The notes below the pieces were generated by a model. The model did not search any database and was not told where the DNA came from. It saw only the letters and a program-made list of their open reading frames with translations. The position numbers and the translations under genes are program-made. From Vicugna vicugna (lineage: Eukaryota): 64,000 bases of DNA. Shown in pieces: positions 39,450 to 53,366 of this stretch; the first letter of the stretch is position 1, and each line of letters begins with the position of its first letter. The DNA lies in NCBI GenBank assembly GCA_013265495.1, contig MU058384.1, positions 1,923,690 to 1,987,689 on the forward strand, written 5' to 3'.

Positions 39450-40200
39450 CCATACTTTCCTATTTCTTTGAGTATCTTGTACTTTTTTTGTTGAAAATTG
39501 GTCACTTTAATTAATAAAGCGGAAACTCTTGAAAATCAGACCCTCTCTCCTTGCAGGATATGCAGCTGTTGTTACTGTTGTATGTTTGTTTAGTGACTTT
39601 CCTGGACTAATTCTGTAAAGTTTCTCTTTTTTCATCATGTGTAGCCACTGAAGTTTCTGCAGTTAGCTCAGTGGTCAGCTAGTAACTGGACAGAGACTTC
39701 CTTAAATGCCCTGAACCAGTAAGTGTCCTACTATTCCCCAAGGGGCTGTGCGTGTGTGTTGGGCAAGTCTTCAACAGTTTACAACTTCACTTAGCCTTTA
39801 CCGTGTGCGGAGCCTCAAGGTCAGCCAGAGTGAGAATGAGGGCCCCTCAGGTCCGTTCTGGGCTGCTCAGAGCCCTGCCCAGGCGCATGGTCTTCTAGAG
39901 CAGCAGGAACACATCAGAGCTTCCCAAAGCCCCTTATGGACATCTCACTTCCAAGACAGTCTTTTCAAGTTTTTTGGCCCATTTCCTTTGTGCTCCAACT
40001 GGTATCACTGCTGCAGGCAGTTGCAATGATAAACAACTGCTGCTGAGTGTTTCAAACAGACATCCTAACAACAGGGCTGTTAACCTGGGTGATCTTTGAG
40101 CCAGGTCAAAAAAGACCAGCCCTGTGAAAGGGGCTCTAACAGGGAGCTTCCCGACAGGTCAGAGTGGCAGTTCTCTGGGGCTAGGGCTTTGGGGGAGTAT
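39450..40200 (-). mobile_element. Old L1 5'-region fragment
   Basis: catactttcctatttctttg...gttgaaaattgg...gtttgtttagtgactttcctggactaattctgtaaag is an antisense L1M-type motif. Confidence 0.6.
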
Positions 40201-43200
40201 TTGAATTGTTTAAATACATTTAAATGACAATTTTTACAATAAACTGGAAACTGTATCCTCTGCATTTATTTAAATCTTTAAAAAAAAAAAAACTGGGTGT
40301 GACAACATTAATACGCAAGAGGAACTTTGTTTTTTTCAAATTCTTTTAGGGGACACACCAGCAAAAAAGTTTTATCACCACCTTCAAATCAGCCTTCTGA
40401 AAATTACACCACGATGCCATCATCCATGCAGTCAAGAACCTCAGAAACTCCCAGACTGAAACCTCAAGCCCCCCTGGATACGTTCAGGGAGCTCCACAAT
40501 TAGATCCCAGTCGGGCCCTCCGCCTGATCGCCCACCTGGCCCACACGTCAAGCCGCTGCCTCCCTGTGGCTGCAACACAGAAGGGGAACGGGTGGACCAT
40601 GGACCACGGGCGCCCTACACCACTACTCAAATTCACTAGGTGTTTTAAAAGCATTACTTGATTAACTGGTGAGTATTTTTTAAAGAGAAAACTGGAAAAG
40701 CTTTAAAATAAATTTTCTCAAATATTTTGAAACCTTTCTCTACTAAGTCCTGTAGGTAAAGGGAAGCTAATACTTTAAAAATATTTTGTCAACTTGTTTT
40801 AATTAGCATAGGAGCTGTAGTAAAGCTCACTTAAGCCCATCTGTCTTAACCTCTGATTGAGTTTATCCTCCCTTATGTTATTTTAGTGTGTGAGATGGTT
40901 CTAAACAGGGTAGCAAGTTGAGTGCATGGAGATTACATTCAGTTAAACATGTTTTTATGCTTTGAGCAGGGTTTAAACACAAGACTTTTACTCAGACAAA
41001 CCACTCTATCCAAATAAACATGGAAGACTCACATTCCCTCCAACCAAAAAAGAAAACAAAAACAAAAACAATGTGCTCTTCAACTATATCTAACAACTAG
41101 GGTTTTTAACATTCTCTCAATATATTCAATTTATTCTCCTAGACTCACTCTTTTCTTACATTCAATTAAAACCCACAAGCTTACCCAGCCTAAAGTCCAA
41201 ACTGAAAAGGAGAGCTACTATTCTATTCTACCTATTTTTTATTTCCATTCTGGCTCCAACACTCTGATATCAGTAAGAAACCTGTATCAATAATGACTGT
41301 AGAGAATTCATATTTTCCTTGTCTAATAGAGGCCATGTCAGGATCTAAAAGGACACAGACCCAAAATATGCCTGGTTTAAGCTAAATATCAGTATGAAGA
41401 TAATGGTTTCATAGTTTCCCCAGTTTCACGGAATAAAAACAAGACAATCCGCTGGTTCAGTTTCTGCAAACACCTCCTGAGCCCAAAAGAGGATCCTTTA
41501 GTGATCTAGCACCCAAGGCCACTCCGCTGGTAAGGGGCCTTCCCTCTTCCATTCCCATCCATACTGCACAGAGATCCGTAACCTGCACAGAGCCAGCTTA
41601 GGAGGACAGGTAGTGACCAACAGCTTTGTGTAACAAGATCAGAGTAAGCAGTTCTATAATCAGGAATAGTGTCTCATTCAAAATTATAGAACTACTTACT
41701 ATGATCTGGTTATACAAAAGCTTATTCAAAATGGTCGATGTTATTGATTAACTGACCACATTAATTCTTAGAATTGCTTAAAAACTAGGTTTACAGAAAG
41801 CCACGTTAAAGAAGCAAGTGCTTAAACCCAATTACAATATAAAGATTTCCTGACCCCAAACTTCGCATTCCTTAAAAACAAAGATAGACAATGAGGTAAA
41901 TCTACTCTAGCTAACAGGATTGCTAATCTCAAAAACAAAAACAAAAACCAAAAAACGCCATGAGCAAAGTCTTACTTGTCATTTAATGAGAACAAAGCAA
42001 CTTTCCTTAGAAAGAATATAAAGAACCAGCATTTCATCACCACAGAGACTACTGAACTGGGCAGCAGAAAAAGCACTGACACTGAGAAACAGAAACTCCG
42101 CCTGCCTTGCCTGAACCCTGTCTGGGCCAACAGACAATTTCCACGATGATTCTAAGGCTACTACTGTATTTAAATCAATAAAATCCCAGCACAATGTGGC
42201 TAAATTCCTCTTCCTACTCTATCCATACCCCAAACTAAACTAGATCCTGACACTCCTTTGTTTTCCATGTGCCTTTTCTGTCCTGCTGAAGTTCCTAAAA
42301 AATACAGTCCTTCAAGCTTTCCTGCCTCTCCTTCAAAATAAACCTGGGAAAAAGCTTTATAGCTCTTCCTCTCACCCTGGCAGTCACTCTGCTGCGATCT
42401 AGGAAGAAAAGACAGAGCTTTTGCCTTGGGGCCACACCACTCAGCCTATTTCTGAAATGCTGCATCAGCAAGCAACAGGCAAGATACAGAATCTGTTGCA
42501 ACAAGGAAAGACTTGTCAGAGGAGAGGGAGTGTCTATGTCTTACACATACCTTAGTGAAAATGAAAACTACGCTCAGAAATGAATCATGCCTACACGCTG
42601 GCCTAGTAGCTCACCACACGTACACACTCAACACAGCTGCTATAACATGACTTGCTTTCAGGAGAGTACTCCATACAACTGCCCAGTGCAAAAGGAGCTC
42701 AAAGTTTAGACCTCACCGATATATTAAGCCAGTGATGTCATTACAACTAAACATGCATTCCTTTTCCAATTACTAACTTTTCCAGTTACTAATCCAAAAC
42801 TATTCACTTCTAAACCAGAGGAAAAACATACCATTTATAAAAGAGTTACCAAAAATACCTAGAAATTTCTCTTTTGCCGTAAGAGAGTATGTCAAGTTAA
42901 ACATAATTCTATTAAAGCATATATATACAAATGTACATATGATTATCTTCCAAATGAATTCTAAACAGTAATTCTAAACCTGTTTTTCTCTGTTAAAAGA
43001 AAAACATTTCAAATTAATTCTTTAAAAATTCCTCTGAGTCATCTTTAGACCATATAGCTCATGGAACATTAAAAAATAAATTTTGAGAAAAACTGATTTA
43101 TTCCCAAGTCAAAAATTTCAAATCTGAATATCTCAAAGAGGAGGCTTGTTTTTAATCAACCAAATCTCAAGAAAAACAATGATTTAATAAACATATCCAC

Positions 43201-44879
43201 ATACTTACATAAATCCATTACATACCAAGGATCACAGGCCTAAAGAAGTTACTTCAATAAAATCCATATTACAGTTTGGTATATTCACAATTCTGATTCA
43301 AAATGCAAAATCTGAAAGTGACATAAGGCAACAACTGAAAGTCATATGTAACATTTCAAATGCTTTTACAACACAAACTCCCACTCCATAGGCCCTTAGA
43401 GGCAGGTAAAGAGCAGAAACCAGAAAGGCCTGAAGTGAACCAAGATACAGACTAAGGAAGGTGTGATTACAAATATAGGCACACAGGTGTCAATCATGCA
43501 GCATAAGAGGCCAAATGCAAGGCTCTGTTAATCAAATGGTTAAAATCACAGTACAGTCTGCAGTTATAACAAAACCTGGGGACAGGATGACTCACAGATC
43601 ACAACAAAACAATCCACAAGTCAGCTACACTCAGGCTGGTGAAAGAATCCTCCCCAAGGCTCCAGCCTCTACCGTCCTTCCCCGCTGTGGGGTCAGAAAC
43701 TCTAGAAGCGCTCACGCTAGGCGCTGGGCTTGCCCTGAGACCAGCAGGCCAGCACTGCAGAGTCTCCGGGAAAGTCCGCACAGCCAGAGCTCCCAGACAT
43801 GAACTTGTAGAGAAACTAAAGGCCTCCCCAAGGAAGGAGAATAAGGATTTTGGAAGAGTAACATTTGCTGCAAACTCTGTGGGGCAAAGCCCAGATTGGC
43901 CCTAGGTCCTTCCCACCAATGGGAGCACGCCTTCATCACTAGAGGAAGCAGCCACACTACCACATGACAAAGAACCCAAAACCCAACTAGAAAACACTAA
44001 AAACCCTAAATCATGACACAACCATTTGCTTTTTCAAACAGCTCCACAGTTTGTAAAGAGTTAGTTATCCTCGCTTTCCACAGGTAAGAGCATTTGGCCC
44101 AGAAAGGTTCACGGGCCTGACAAAATGGCAGACCCCAAGCCATGACCTGTGCCTCTCAAATCCCACACTATTTTAAATAAGCGATGCATCTGGGAACCTC
44201 TTCCAAGTCACAGACATTTGAGAGGCACAGGGTTGACTGAGTGCAAATAAACTCTGGGTTGAGTGCTCTGCTCTCACTTTATTAACACAGAAATGTAATT
44301 TCAGTGCAAGTGCCAGAATGCAAAAAAATGAGAGCTTTCTTATGATTCAGTGTTTAAGTTTATTATCACAGGAAGTTATGGGCAATTGAGCCTTAAGAGG
44401 CCTCAGTTTGTAGCGTGCTTCTTGAGAAGAGACAATAAGTAAATAATAAGGCTTTTATTTACAAGTTTCAAAGTCCCTGGAACTGACTGGAATAAAAACT
44501 GCAGGGGATTTTAGGAATGTGCAAGAAATGACAGGTGTTGAGCACTGGTGCTCAGCTGTCAACCAGACAGGAGTGGTCAGGGGAGAGGTCAGGAAGGGCG
44601 GCAAGAGCTGTAACCAGTTCTGTGCAACAGAGCCCCACCAATTAAATACAAAACGGAAACAGAACCTCCCAAATATAACAGTATTATTGTGCACTGATAC
44701 CCAGTTGAACTCGGTCACTTCCCTGACACCAGGTCCAAACTGAGTTTCCTATAAGAAATTTCACAAGCAACTTTCCCCAAGCTCCCTTATCTTTTTCTTG
44801 AGGTTCTATCTCTACGTGGATGTTCTGTGATCAAACAAAACTTTAACATTTCTAACCAGCGAGAACACCTTAAATAAGG

Positions 44880-45305
44880 CAAAAAGATAAACAATCAACC
44901 AGGGGAAACATCAAAAAGTATCCTGACTATATACAAAGACCTTGTGCAAATCAATGTGAACACAAATATCCTATTAGTAAAATGGACAGAAAGCACAAAT
45001 AGAGAAAAATACAAATGACCAAGTATGTAGATAAAAAGACATTCACTTGGCTGGCCATTAAACAAATGCAAATAAAAACTGCAGCAAGATATGATTTTTC
45101 ATCTACCTGACTGGCGAAGATGAAAATGGTTATCAAAATCCATGTAGAGGCGGGGTGAAGAAAGGAACACTCCAAGCAGGGCCAGTGTTAGTGGAAGCAG
45201 GTAAACCCTTTCTGGAAAGCAATTTGGCAATACGTATCAAAGCCTTAAAAATCACATGCCCGATGACTAGTGAGCCCACTTCTAGGACTTCAGCCTAAAG
45301 AAGAT
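44880..45305 (+). mobile_element. Old L1 ORF2 3' fragment
   Basis: aaatgcaaataaaaac...ctggaaagcaatttggcaatacgtatcaaagcc...cccacttctagga. Confidence 0.75.
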
Positions 45306-46768
45306 AATTGCATCCCAGCTGTGAACTGTGATCCACTAAGAACAGGAAGTGTCACTTCAAACGTTCACCACCTCCACAATCCCAAGACCAGGAAGTCCTT
45401 CTGTCATAAGGAGGAGGATCAGATCAACATGAGTGTACAATGTGTGAGCCAAGTGCTTCCTTGGTCAAGTGCTTTCTTGTTTCACAAGTTTAATTTCAGT
45501 TCAAGTACCAGAATGATAAGCATGAGGCCTTTTAAAAAAGCCCTCTTGCTTCCTTGATGTTTTTACACTAAATGTAAGCCCTCTACTTAAAAACTTGCTC
45601 ATTACTCATGCACATGTCTGTGTATCAGTCCAGATGGACCCAATATCATGGAGGATCCAACTGTGGCATTAGGGTTGGGCACATCTCTCCAACACAAGTG
45701 TGCCTCTTCCACAAAAAGGGATGAAGGTCGTCTCTGGAGCTTAGCGTCCGCGTCAAACGCAGACTGCAGACTGCTGGGTGTCACACCTGGCTCCCAGTAA
45801 AAGGAGCTGTGATATCACCAATGTTCCTGTCGCTGGCAATGGCTGCTTCTCCTTTCTGTGGATCGCATGGGTCCTGCAGTCCCAACACACCCACCATCCA
45901 GGAATCTTACGTAATTCGCTACTGAACTGCAGCACATCATCGACATTTCTAAAACTAAATGCCTAATACAGTGGAACCACGTCATAACAGGGCTAACGTT
46001 TCTCCAACTTGTAAGCGCTGCCCAATAAGAACAGATCTGAGGAGTTGGAAGCCATTTGGAAGAATTCTTGGAGCCTCCCTGTGAATTAGATGTGCACGCT
46101 TCTGCCTCTCCCACTGAAAGACACTTCCTGTTTCTCAATGCCAAGCTCTCTCCATGGCTGCTGGCAGTACCGTGTCTGTTCGTTAACAACCATCACCAAG
46201 CATCCCAGGCTCAGCCTCTCGGATTACAGACTGCACCTGCTGCCAATCAAAAATAGCCAGACCTTGATTCTGTACATTCCCCAGTTTCCATTTCTGCCCA
46301 GACACTGAGGTTTGTTGAGTGTAACAAGTAATGTGTCACTTTAATAAGAAGTTATGTTATAATACAGCTCTCCTAATTATACTGCAGTAATCATCACATT
46401 CAGGTATCACATTTAGAAATCTAAAATAGAGTTTGTGATTCAGTTTCAGCTTTAGTGTCAAGTCTCTCCTGAGATGCTTTTACAACTTGAAGGGGTATCA
46501 CCAAAGGTATCAAATCTATGCTTACCCTTGGGAAAAACATACATTTTAAATTTGACAAATATCTCCCTTACTTATAGAAACAATTTGATACCCTTGATAC
46601 CCTGCTAACTTTTGCCTAAATTCATCCTATCAGTTTCATGCCTTAAGGCCATCTATTTCTAATAAATATCCAATAAAATGAAAAACAGAAATCCTGAATT
46701 ATAACAGTTTTTTGCTAGCTGTCTATCTAATTGCAATTACCAGGGTGATGTTGAGCTGCAATATATTC

Positions 46769-47280
46769 TGAAGGGGTCCGGAATATGCCACTGTAGCCTA
46801 AAAATTATTTTGACATGAAGGCATCTGAGTTCCTGAAATCTTATCTGCCCAAAAGCAGCTCCCCTCAAAAGAGCTCAATTGTCATAAATCCCCTCCCGAA
46901 AAGTAAGCAAGGAAGACTGACTTTTACCCCCAGAGATAAGTCTCCACATCATACCTAAACAGACATTGTCACAGAACTATCATGTCACCCACCTATTCTC
47001 TAAGGGCCCATTTATCTTTTCAAAAAGTTATTCATAGTCCTATAGGTGCCTGCTCCCCCATCCCCTACTCTTACAAGGAGGCACTTGTTTTCCTATAAGT
47101 TTCCCCTCCCCTTCTCCTATTAAGATGGTATATAAGCCACAAATTCTAACCACCCCTTTAAGTCACATTTTTTCCGTCAGTAAACCTGTCTTTTCTCTTG
47201 CTAATCTGTCTTTTGTCAGTTTACTTTGCAGGCTCCAAATTCATGAACCTAAGAGGGCAGAAAAAGGTTTTGCTCCCTCA
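46769..47280 (+). mobile_element. ERV1 solo LTR (MER34-like), antisense to HECA in intron 1
   Basis: TG...CA ends; tgaaggggtccggaatatgccac; TATA-like tatataag near 47130; agtaaa poly(A)-like signal; taatctgtcttttgtcag. Confidence 0.7.
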
Positions 47281-49959
47281 TAATTTAAATCAATGAAATA
47301 CAACGAATTATGAGCATTTATGGGAACAATGCTAATGTTCTTAACTGCAGTCTAAACAATTACACAATTAACATTTAACAATTCCTTTTTAACTTTTCTT
47401 CTTCCCTCACTTTTCTTTAAACTTCCTCTTAAAATCTTTCTTGTTTCTACTCTTAGACTGTTTTAAAGTATGATCATCCTAAGTATAATTTAGCAAAAAT
47501 AATTTGTTTTACCTTACTACTTCTGGTAAATCAGAACATATAATTAAGTATTAGAAATGCTACTCATTTTCTGCCAGTTTCTAAAAAAACCTCTCAAGTA
47601 CAATCTAGCTAAAGCAACCTATGATTTCAGTAACCAGAGAACTGGAACCTTTCTGAAATACACAGAATTAAAACACACACAGTCACTTTGTATAAAACAA
47701 TGACATCCTCCTTCCCCACCAGAGTTTATTGTTTTAAAACTGATCTGATGATGAGAAAAATAAAATGACACAACAAGATAATTAGTCTTACCTAGTACAG
47801 AGTTATATACTCTCTGTCAAGATACGGGAACTAAACCATAGGCACAACCTCTCCCTCCAGAGAGAGCTCTTCTGCTCAGTGGCCCCAAGCTCTCCCTTGC
47901 CACTGGGTCCTCTGAAGTTCACCTCAATTAGCTAACTTCCCAAGGCTTGCAAAGCACTGGAATGCTGGTGGCCCACAATTAAGACAGACTTTCCACATAG
48001 CAGCCTTGGGTGCTGTGACATTCATCTCGCTGTGCAGAAAGGCAGTGCGTGCAGTGTGCCCACTACTTTACTGAAAAATCACAATCCACGGTCCATGCAG
48101 GTGGGATCGCCAAACCTTGATTAGCTGTATCTGAAGAAAGATTGTCAAAAGATACCTATTCTGTTAAAATATACAAAAACTTTACAAGCTTGTCAACAAC
48201 CTATGATTATCCTCCTTTGCAGGCTCAGCTGACCATGTCTTTGCTTGCAAACCTCAGAGATGGTTCTGCACTGGCTATAAAACATCCAAATCTGACTGGC
48301 CTCACTCCCTTTCCAGTCCTGTGTCCTATCACTATACCTCAAACCAGCTACAAACTCCTGGTAGCAACCAAGACTCATCCTTCTGCTCGAAACATCCTTC
48401 CTCTGCTTTCAGAGCTAACTATTCCTCTTCCTGCAAGACTCAGCTCAAATGACCCCTCTTCCAGGAAACAAATCGTTTTTCCCACCGGGCACCCACAGCA
48501 CAGTGTCATGGTTCCCGATGTTGACATGTCTCTGTCCCAGCTCCACCATGGGCCCAGGGGGGGTGCAGATTCTGATGCCTCCAAGTATAATTCAACATTA
48601 CACTTCCAATCAGAAGACAGTGGGCACATAGGTTTAGTAAATGCATGTGTACACAGATGAACAAAACAGTGAATGAGTAAACACATGAATGCATGAGCTA
48701 AGGAATGGTCTTTCTAGTTGTTGCCTGGAGAGAAGAGAAGGTCTTCTGTTTAATTCTCAGTAATATTGTGCCCTGGCTGATTCCCAAAGACCATCCCACG
48801 CACTTCACTTCCTTCCAGCTACTCTTCACTGCCACGTGCTCACGTCCCTTCTTGACAGCTTCAGATACAACCTTTACCCCTATATCTGACCATCTCACAG
48901 GCTCCTGCTCTTTATTCCATAGCTGCCCTTGCATAGTCTATGTCATAACCTACTCGCTCTTACTTCTAGAAAGACTCCCAACTAGACCTTAAGTCCCCAG
49001 GGCCCAATTCTTCTGTCCTCGTGATCTCAGAGCCTAACACAGCACCTGACCAACAGCAGGCACTCAATGCACACGATGGATAAAAGAATGGTTGAATGAA
49101 GAGAGAGGGGACCATTTTCACACTTTGTTTTTACTTTTTTTCTTTTGGCTAAATCATCTGATTTTTCCAGGTACACTATGATCGAGAGATGATGAGGGAA
49201 GAATAGAAAATCACATATAGTCAAATCAATGTTTGAATAAAAACCTGTATGATTCCACAAACTTTTCTGTATTAATATTTACAGACCCTTCACCACCATC
49301 TCATTGTCTCTCAGTGTCTGCTGTCAACAGCAGAATAGTTTAACAAGTTTTGAAATTGGGTAAGGTTGAACAAATCACAAAACTCGTAAAAGTTACTGGT
49401 GACAGTGTCCATATCTGCCAGGCCCTACACCAAAATCTTTCACATATACTGTTTTAATCTTCAGAAACACTCGAAAGGGTTGCATTTAGATACTGGAGGC
49501 TGAGAGAGGTTAAATAACTTGCCCCAAAGTCACTTTACTAGTAAGTTATGGTACCGAGGTTTACACCTAGTCTGTTCAAACAGCAGGCTTCTTGACCAAA
49601 ACTGTAAAAATTCTAGGCCTTACTTCTTAAGATTAGAATGATGGCGCAGACACAATTTCAAAAGTCTGTGCCTTCATCTTCACCATCACCAGCTGCTAAA
49701 ATAGCGTTCACTGTTATTACGTATTTTGTTGAATCCTTGTTAGCTACCAAATCACTAAAGAGCACAGAAGTCCCCAGGAGAAATCAATGCAGCCTTGGGA
49801 GGTGCCCCCAACTGTGGCAGCAACTGCTCCGGGCTCTTGATCCAAATGGGGGCCTCTGGCTGTTGACACATTTAGGGGCATCAGAAATTCTCCAACATGT
49901 TTTCAGGACAACAAGAACTAGGGAATGGCAAGGCCACAGGGAAAGGGGTCTGACCACAG

Positions 49960-50350
49960 CAGGGTACAATCTTCCCATAGGGCAACCTGTCAGCATGTAT
50001 TAAGTCATAAAAATGTGCATATCCTTAGACGAAGCAAGTCCACAGATAAGAATTTATCCAAAGGAAATAAATGAATAGTGCCCAGAGGCATGTAAATAAG
50101 AACTAAAGATTAAACAACAGCAGAATGATCAACTTACCCAAGATGCAGACATAAGACGGCAGATAATACAATCATCAAAAACAGTGATGCACCTGTATTT
50201 ACTGCTCTGCTAAAATGGCCACAAAATATTGTACATGTAAAAAGCAGATTATAAAATATATAATCTGACTTCCGTTTTTTCCAAAAACTGTACATGTACT
50301 TTTAGAAGTCTGTAAGAATATGTATCAAAATGTTAACAATGGTAATCGAA
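49960..50350 (+). mobile_element. Old L1 3' fragment
   Basis: aaaatgtgcatatccttagac...aagaatttatccaaaggaaata...aaaatgttaacaatggtaatc. Confidence 0.6.
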
Positions 50351-51135
50351 GTGGCACAATTATGTGCTTGATTAGAAAGTCAAAGAGAACTTTACCTATC
50401 TTCTTTTTTTCTTTTTAATTTTTTTCCAAAATGCTCATTTCATCACTGGTAAAATAATGAAATAACAAATTATTTTTAATTAAATCAATCCCTTAAAAAT
50501 GTCACAGAACCGGTGTCAATCAGGACAGATCCTTTTTCCGAAAGCCTTCCTTTTGATACTTTCAAACTCTTCAAATTGTGCATAGCTAAAAGCCTGGAGT
50601 AAATTCATAGGCGGATTCAGCGGCAAGATATTTCCCACTGTATCTTCTGTTTTCATTTCTCTATAAATGATATATATTCTTGGACTCAGAAGAAAGCTGA
50701 CTTTTTTGAAGGTATGGTTTCTAGAATTTAACCTCAGGTCCTGTAACAAATAAAGAGTAAGGACTGTGCATAAAACACCATTAGCAGAGCATGGAATAGT
50801 TCTTACTATAATATACAAAGTACACAAGATGAGTCATTGATGGATGCAGCAATATTTTCTACCAATCCCCATTACAAAGGTGGATTTCAAAAGACAAGGT
50901 CCAAAAGTGGCAGATATTTTTAAAGACATGGCAAAAGCAACTTCTAGATAAGGCGAGAAAATTCTAGAATGACAATGTTGCTCCACGTACCTAGACCCTC
51001 AGTACATATTTCTTGATTTGAAAATAAACAGCAGGTAAACATTCTTCATTTTCCTTTTGATGGGTAGAGATAATTTAAATCTAGTAAGCATTCAAGTAAA
51101 CACCTAAAAAAAGAAACTATTTAAAATATACTACT

Positions 51136-51270
51136 GGGGGAGGATATAGGTCAGTGGTAGACCACCTGCCTACCACTGAATAAGGTCCTGGGTTCAATCC
51201 CCAGTACCTCCATTAAAAAAATAAATAAACCTAATTACCTTCCCCTCCCCCTCAAAAAAAATCTTTATTC
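51136..51270 (+). mobile_element. tRNA-derived SINE, camelid vic-1-like, with TSD
   Basis: A box (ggtcagtggtaga), B box (ggttcaatccc), AATAAA-rich tail; TSD taaaatata/cctac at 51122-51134 and 51271-51283. Confidence 0.85.
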
Positions 51271-51439
51271 TAAAATATCCTACAAACTTGGGTTTATAAA
51301 AAGTGTGTCTGGTGGTCTAAGTTTGAGAAAAATACAATCCGTGTTTATGGAGGAAGAGATAGCACTCCAAAAATCTATCTGTAAGCAGAAGTATGAAATT
51401 CAGAACACATTTTCCATCAAAAAATGAATAATGATAATT

Positions 51440-51936
51440 AACCCCCAGCCTGGTCCACGAAGATTTAGTCGCCCGTGAGAACTATTCATCCCACACCTGC
51501 GTTCTAGGTGAACAGCACTAGTGGTCTAGTGGTCTAAGTGAAGAGTCTGACCATGTCAGGGGACTAAGACCGGCAGCTCTCCTTCTCTCAGAGCTGAAGG
51601 CTCTCTGCTGAGTCCCTGTTCACAGAGACTCTCCAGCTAAGAGATGCCACCCCCAGGTCATTCCATCTTCCTGGGGGCAGCCCATGTCCAAATGACCAGT
51701 CAATGGGGGGATAGGGCAGGGGATGTTAAAGGCCCTGCCCTCATACCTCAAGGTAAGGTAACTCTGCAGGGCCATCCCAGCTCTGGAGTACTTCATCACC
51801 GCATCACAATTTAACTCCTCCCTCTGCCCAATTCTGCTTCCCCTCCCTTCCCTACTAGTAATGATGCCAAGAGCACATCCAGTAAACCTCTGGCACGTAA
51901 ATCTTTGTCTCAAAGACTATTTTCAGAATCTCAGAC
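51440..51936 (+). mobile_element. ERVL LTR16-like solo LTR
   Basis: gggcagcccatgtccaaatgaccagtcaatg...actctgcagggccatcccagctc...ctctgcccaattctgcttcc...agtaaacctctggcacgtaaatct. Confidence 0.7.
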
Positions 51937-53245
51937 AAGTGGCTAACACTAAGCTCACATATAAGTCAGGCACTATTTATATATATACACACATACATAT
52001 ATATATATACATATATATATCACATATATATATATTTGAAATAATACAAAATAGACAGATAGGTATCTTACTATATATGGATGGATAGATACTATAACCC
52101 CATTTTAAATATGCAGAAACTGAGTCTCAGAGAAACCAAATGACTTGCCCAAGATCATACGGCAAATAACTTGAGGAGACAGGTCTCCCGAATGCAAGGC
52201 CAATCACTAGGTAAATCAGCGATTTATAACACCTGCTACAAAGAACTGTTGAATGAAGGAAGGTAAATTCAGCACCCCAGGGTCCTGGTGGCAGTCAGGA
52301 ATGAGTGGAGTGATCAACCATGGTCATCCATAAATCAGGAATTTATAAAAGGACTTGGGATCCAGGCCCATTAAAAAGTAGATACCATGACCAAAGGGTC
52401 ATGTATTTTTAGGACTCAAGCAAAAAAGTGGTGGCCTAATGGAACCAAGATTCCAGAATAAACTACACAGTTATAATCCACTGCACGATTACTAGATCCT
52501 AAAAATAATGACAGGCAGATCTTGTTCATCTACAATCAAAATGTTGCAATATGTGCAGACAGATGTTTACTACGTAGGAAGAGGACGGCACTTCATCTTT
52601 TACTCCAATCCCCGCAAAAAGCTTCATAAACCGGTATCTTAAAATGCATTAATACATTTCTTATTGGGGGTACAAAGCCCTTACAAATAACATTCAACTT
52701 ACCCAAGACGCACAACTGCAACCAGTTCAACTTCTTCAACTACTACTATGCCATGGCTTCCCCAAGCTATCCCTAACTAGCAATCTTTTTTTATAGAATC
52801 AGTAGTTATTTATAACTACTGACTAATAGTGAACAACTAGGAACTAATATTACCCTGTCCTGGTGTCCATGCTGCCCAAGAACCACAAGACGTAAAATCA
52901 TTCTATAAACTCCGAATGACTACAAACGAATACTATTAACTTAGGTAAAGTCATTAAGTTTGCATGCTCAGAAATGCAAATCACAACTGACTTGAATAGT
53001 GAAAACAAACCATTTGAAAGTTTAATAGAATGTAGATTTATTGTATCTTTGGAATAACTTTTTGATTCTTAATTTCATCATTAAGAATCTAATGTAACAG
53101 CTAAATAAGAAACTGAAATATACTTAGGAATACTATACTAGTTAAGTAAATGTCATTTATGAATTTAAAAATAATTGGGCCTTATCAGTTGAGTCTGAGA
53201 GTTTGCACATATCCGTTGCCCCTTCCTTCAAAAAGTCACCAATAC

Positions 53246-53366
53246 GTGGAGGGTATAGCTCAGTGGTAAAGTATGCCTGGGTTCAATCCCCAGCACCTAC
53301 ATTAAAAAAAACAAATAAATAAATAAGTCCAATTACCTTCCTCCCCACCAAAAAAACAGGAAAAAA
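53246..53366 (+). mobile_element. tRNA-derived SINE, same family, with internal deletion
   Basis: ggagggtatagctcagtggtaaagtatgcctgggttcaatccccagcacct...; degraded TSD (aaaagtcaccaatac / aataatttaccaatgc). Confidence 0.85.

Noticed and set aside
48142..48660. 172-aa plus-strand ORF
   Set aside because: Non-ATG start, overlaps L2-like pyrimidine-rich sequence, no recognisable domain.
51136..51215. tRNA gene
   Set aside because: A and B boxes are followed by an AT-rich tail and TSDs, so it is a SINE, not a tRNA.
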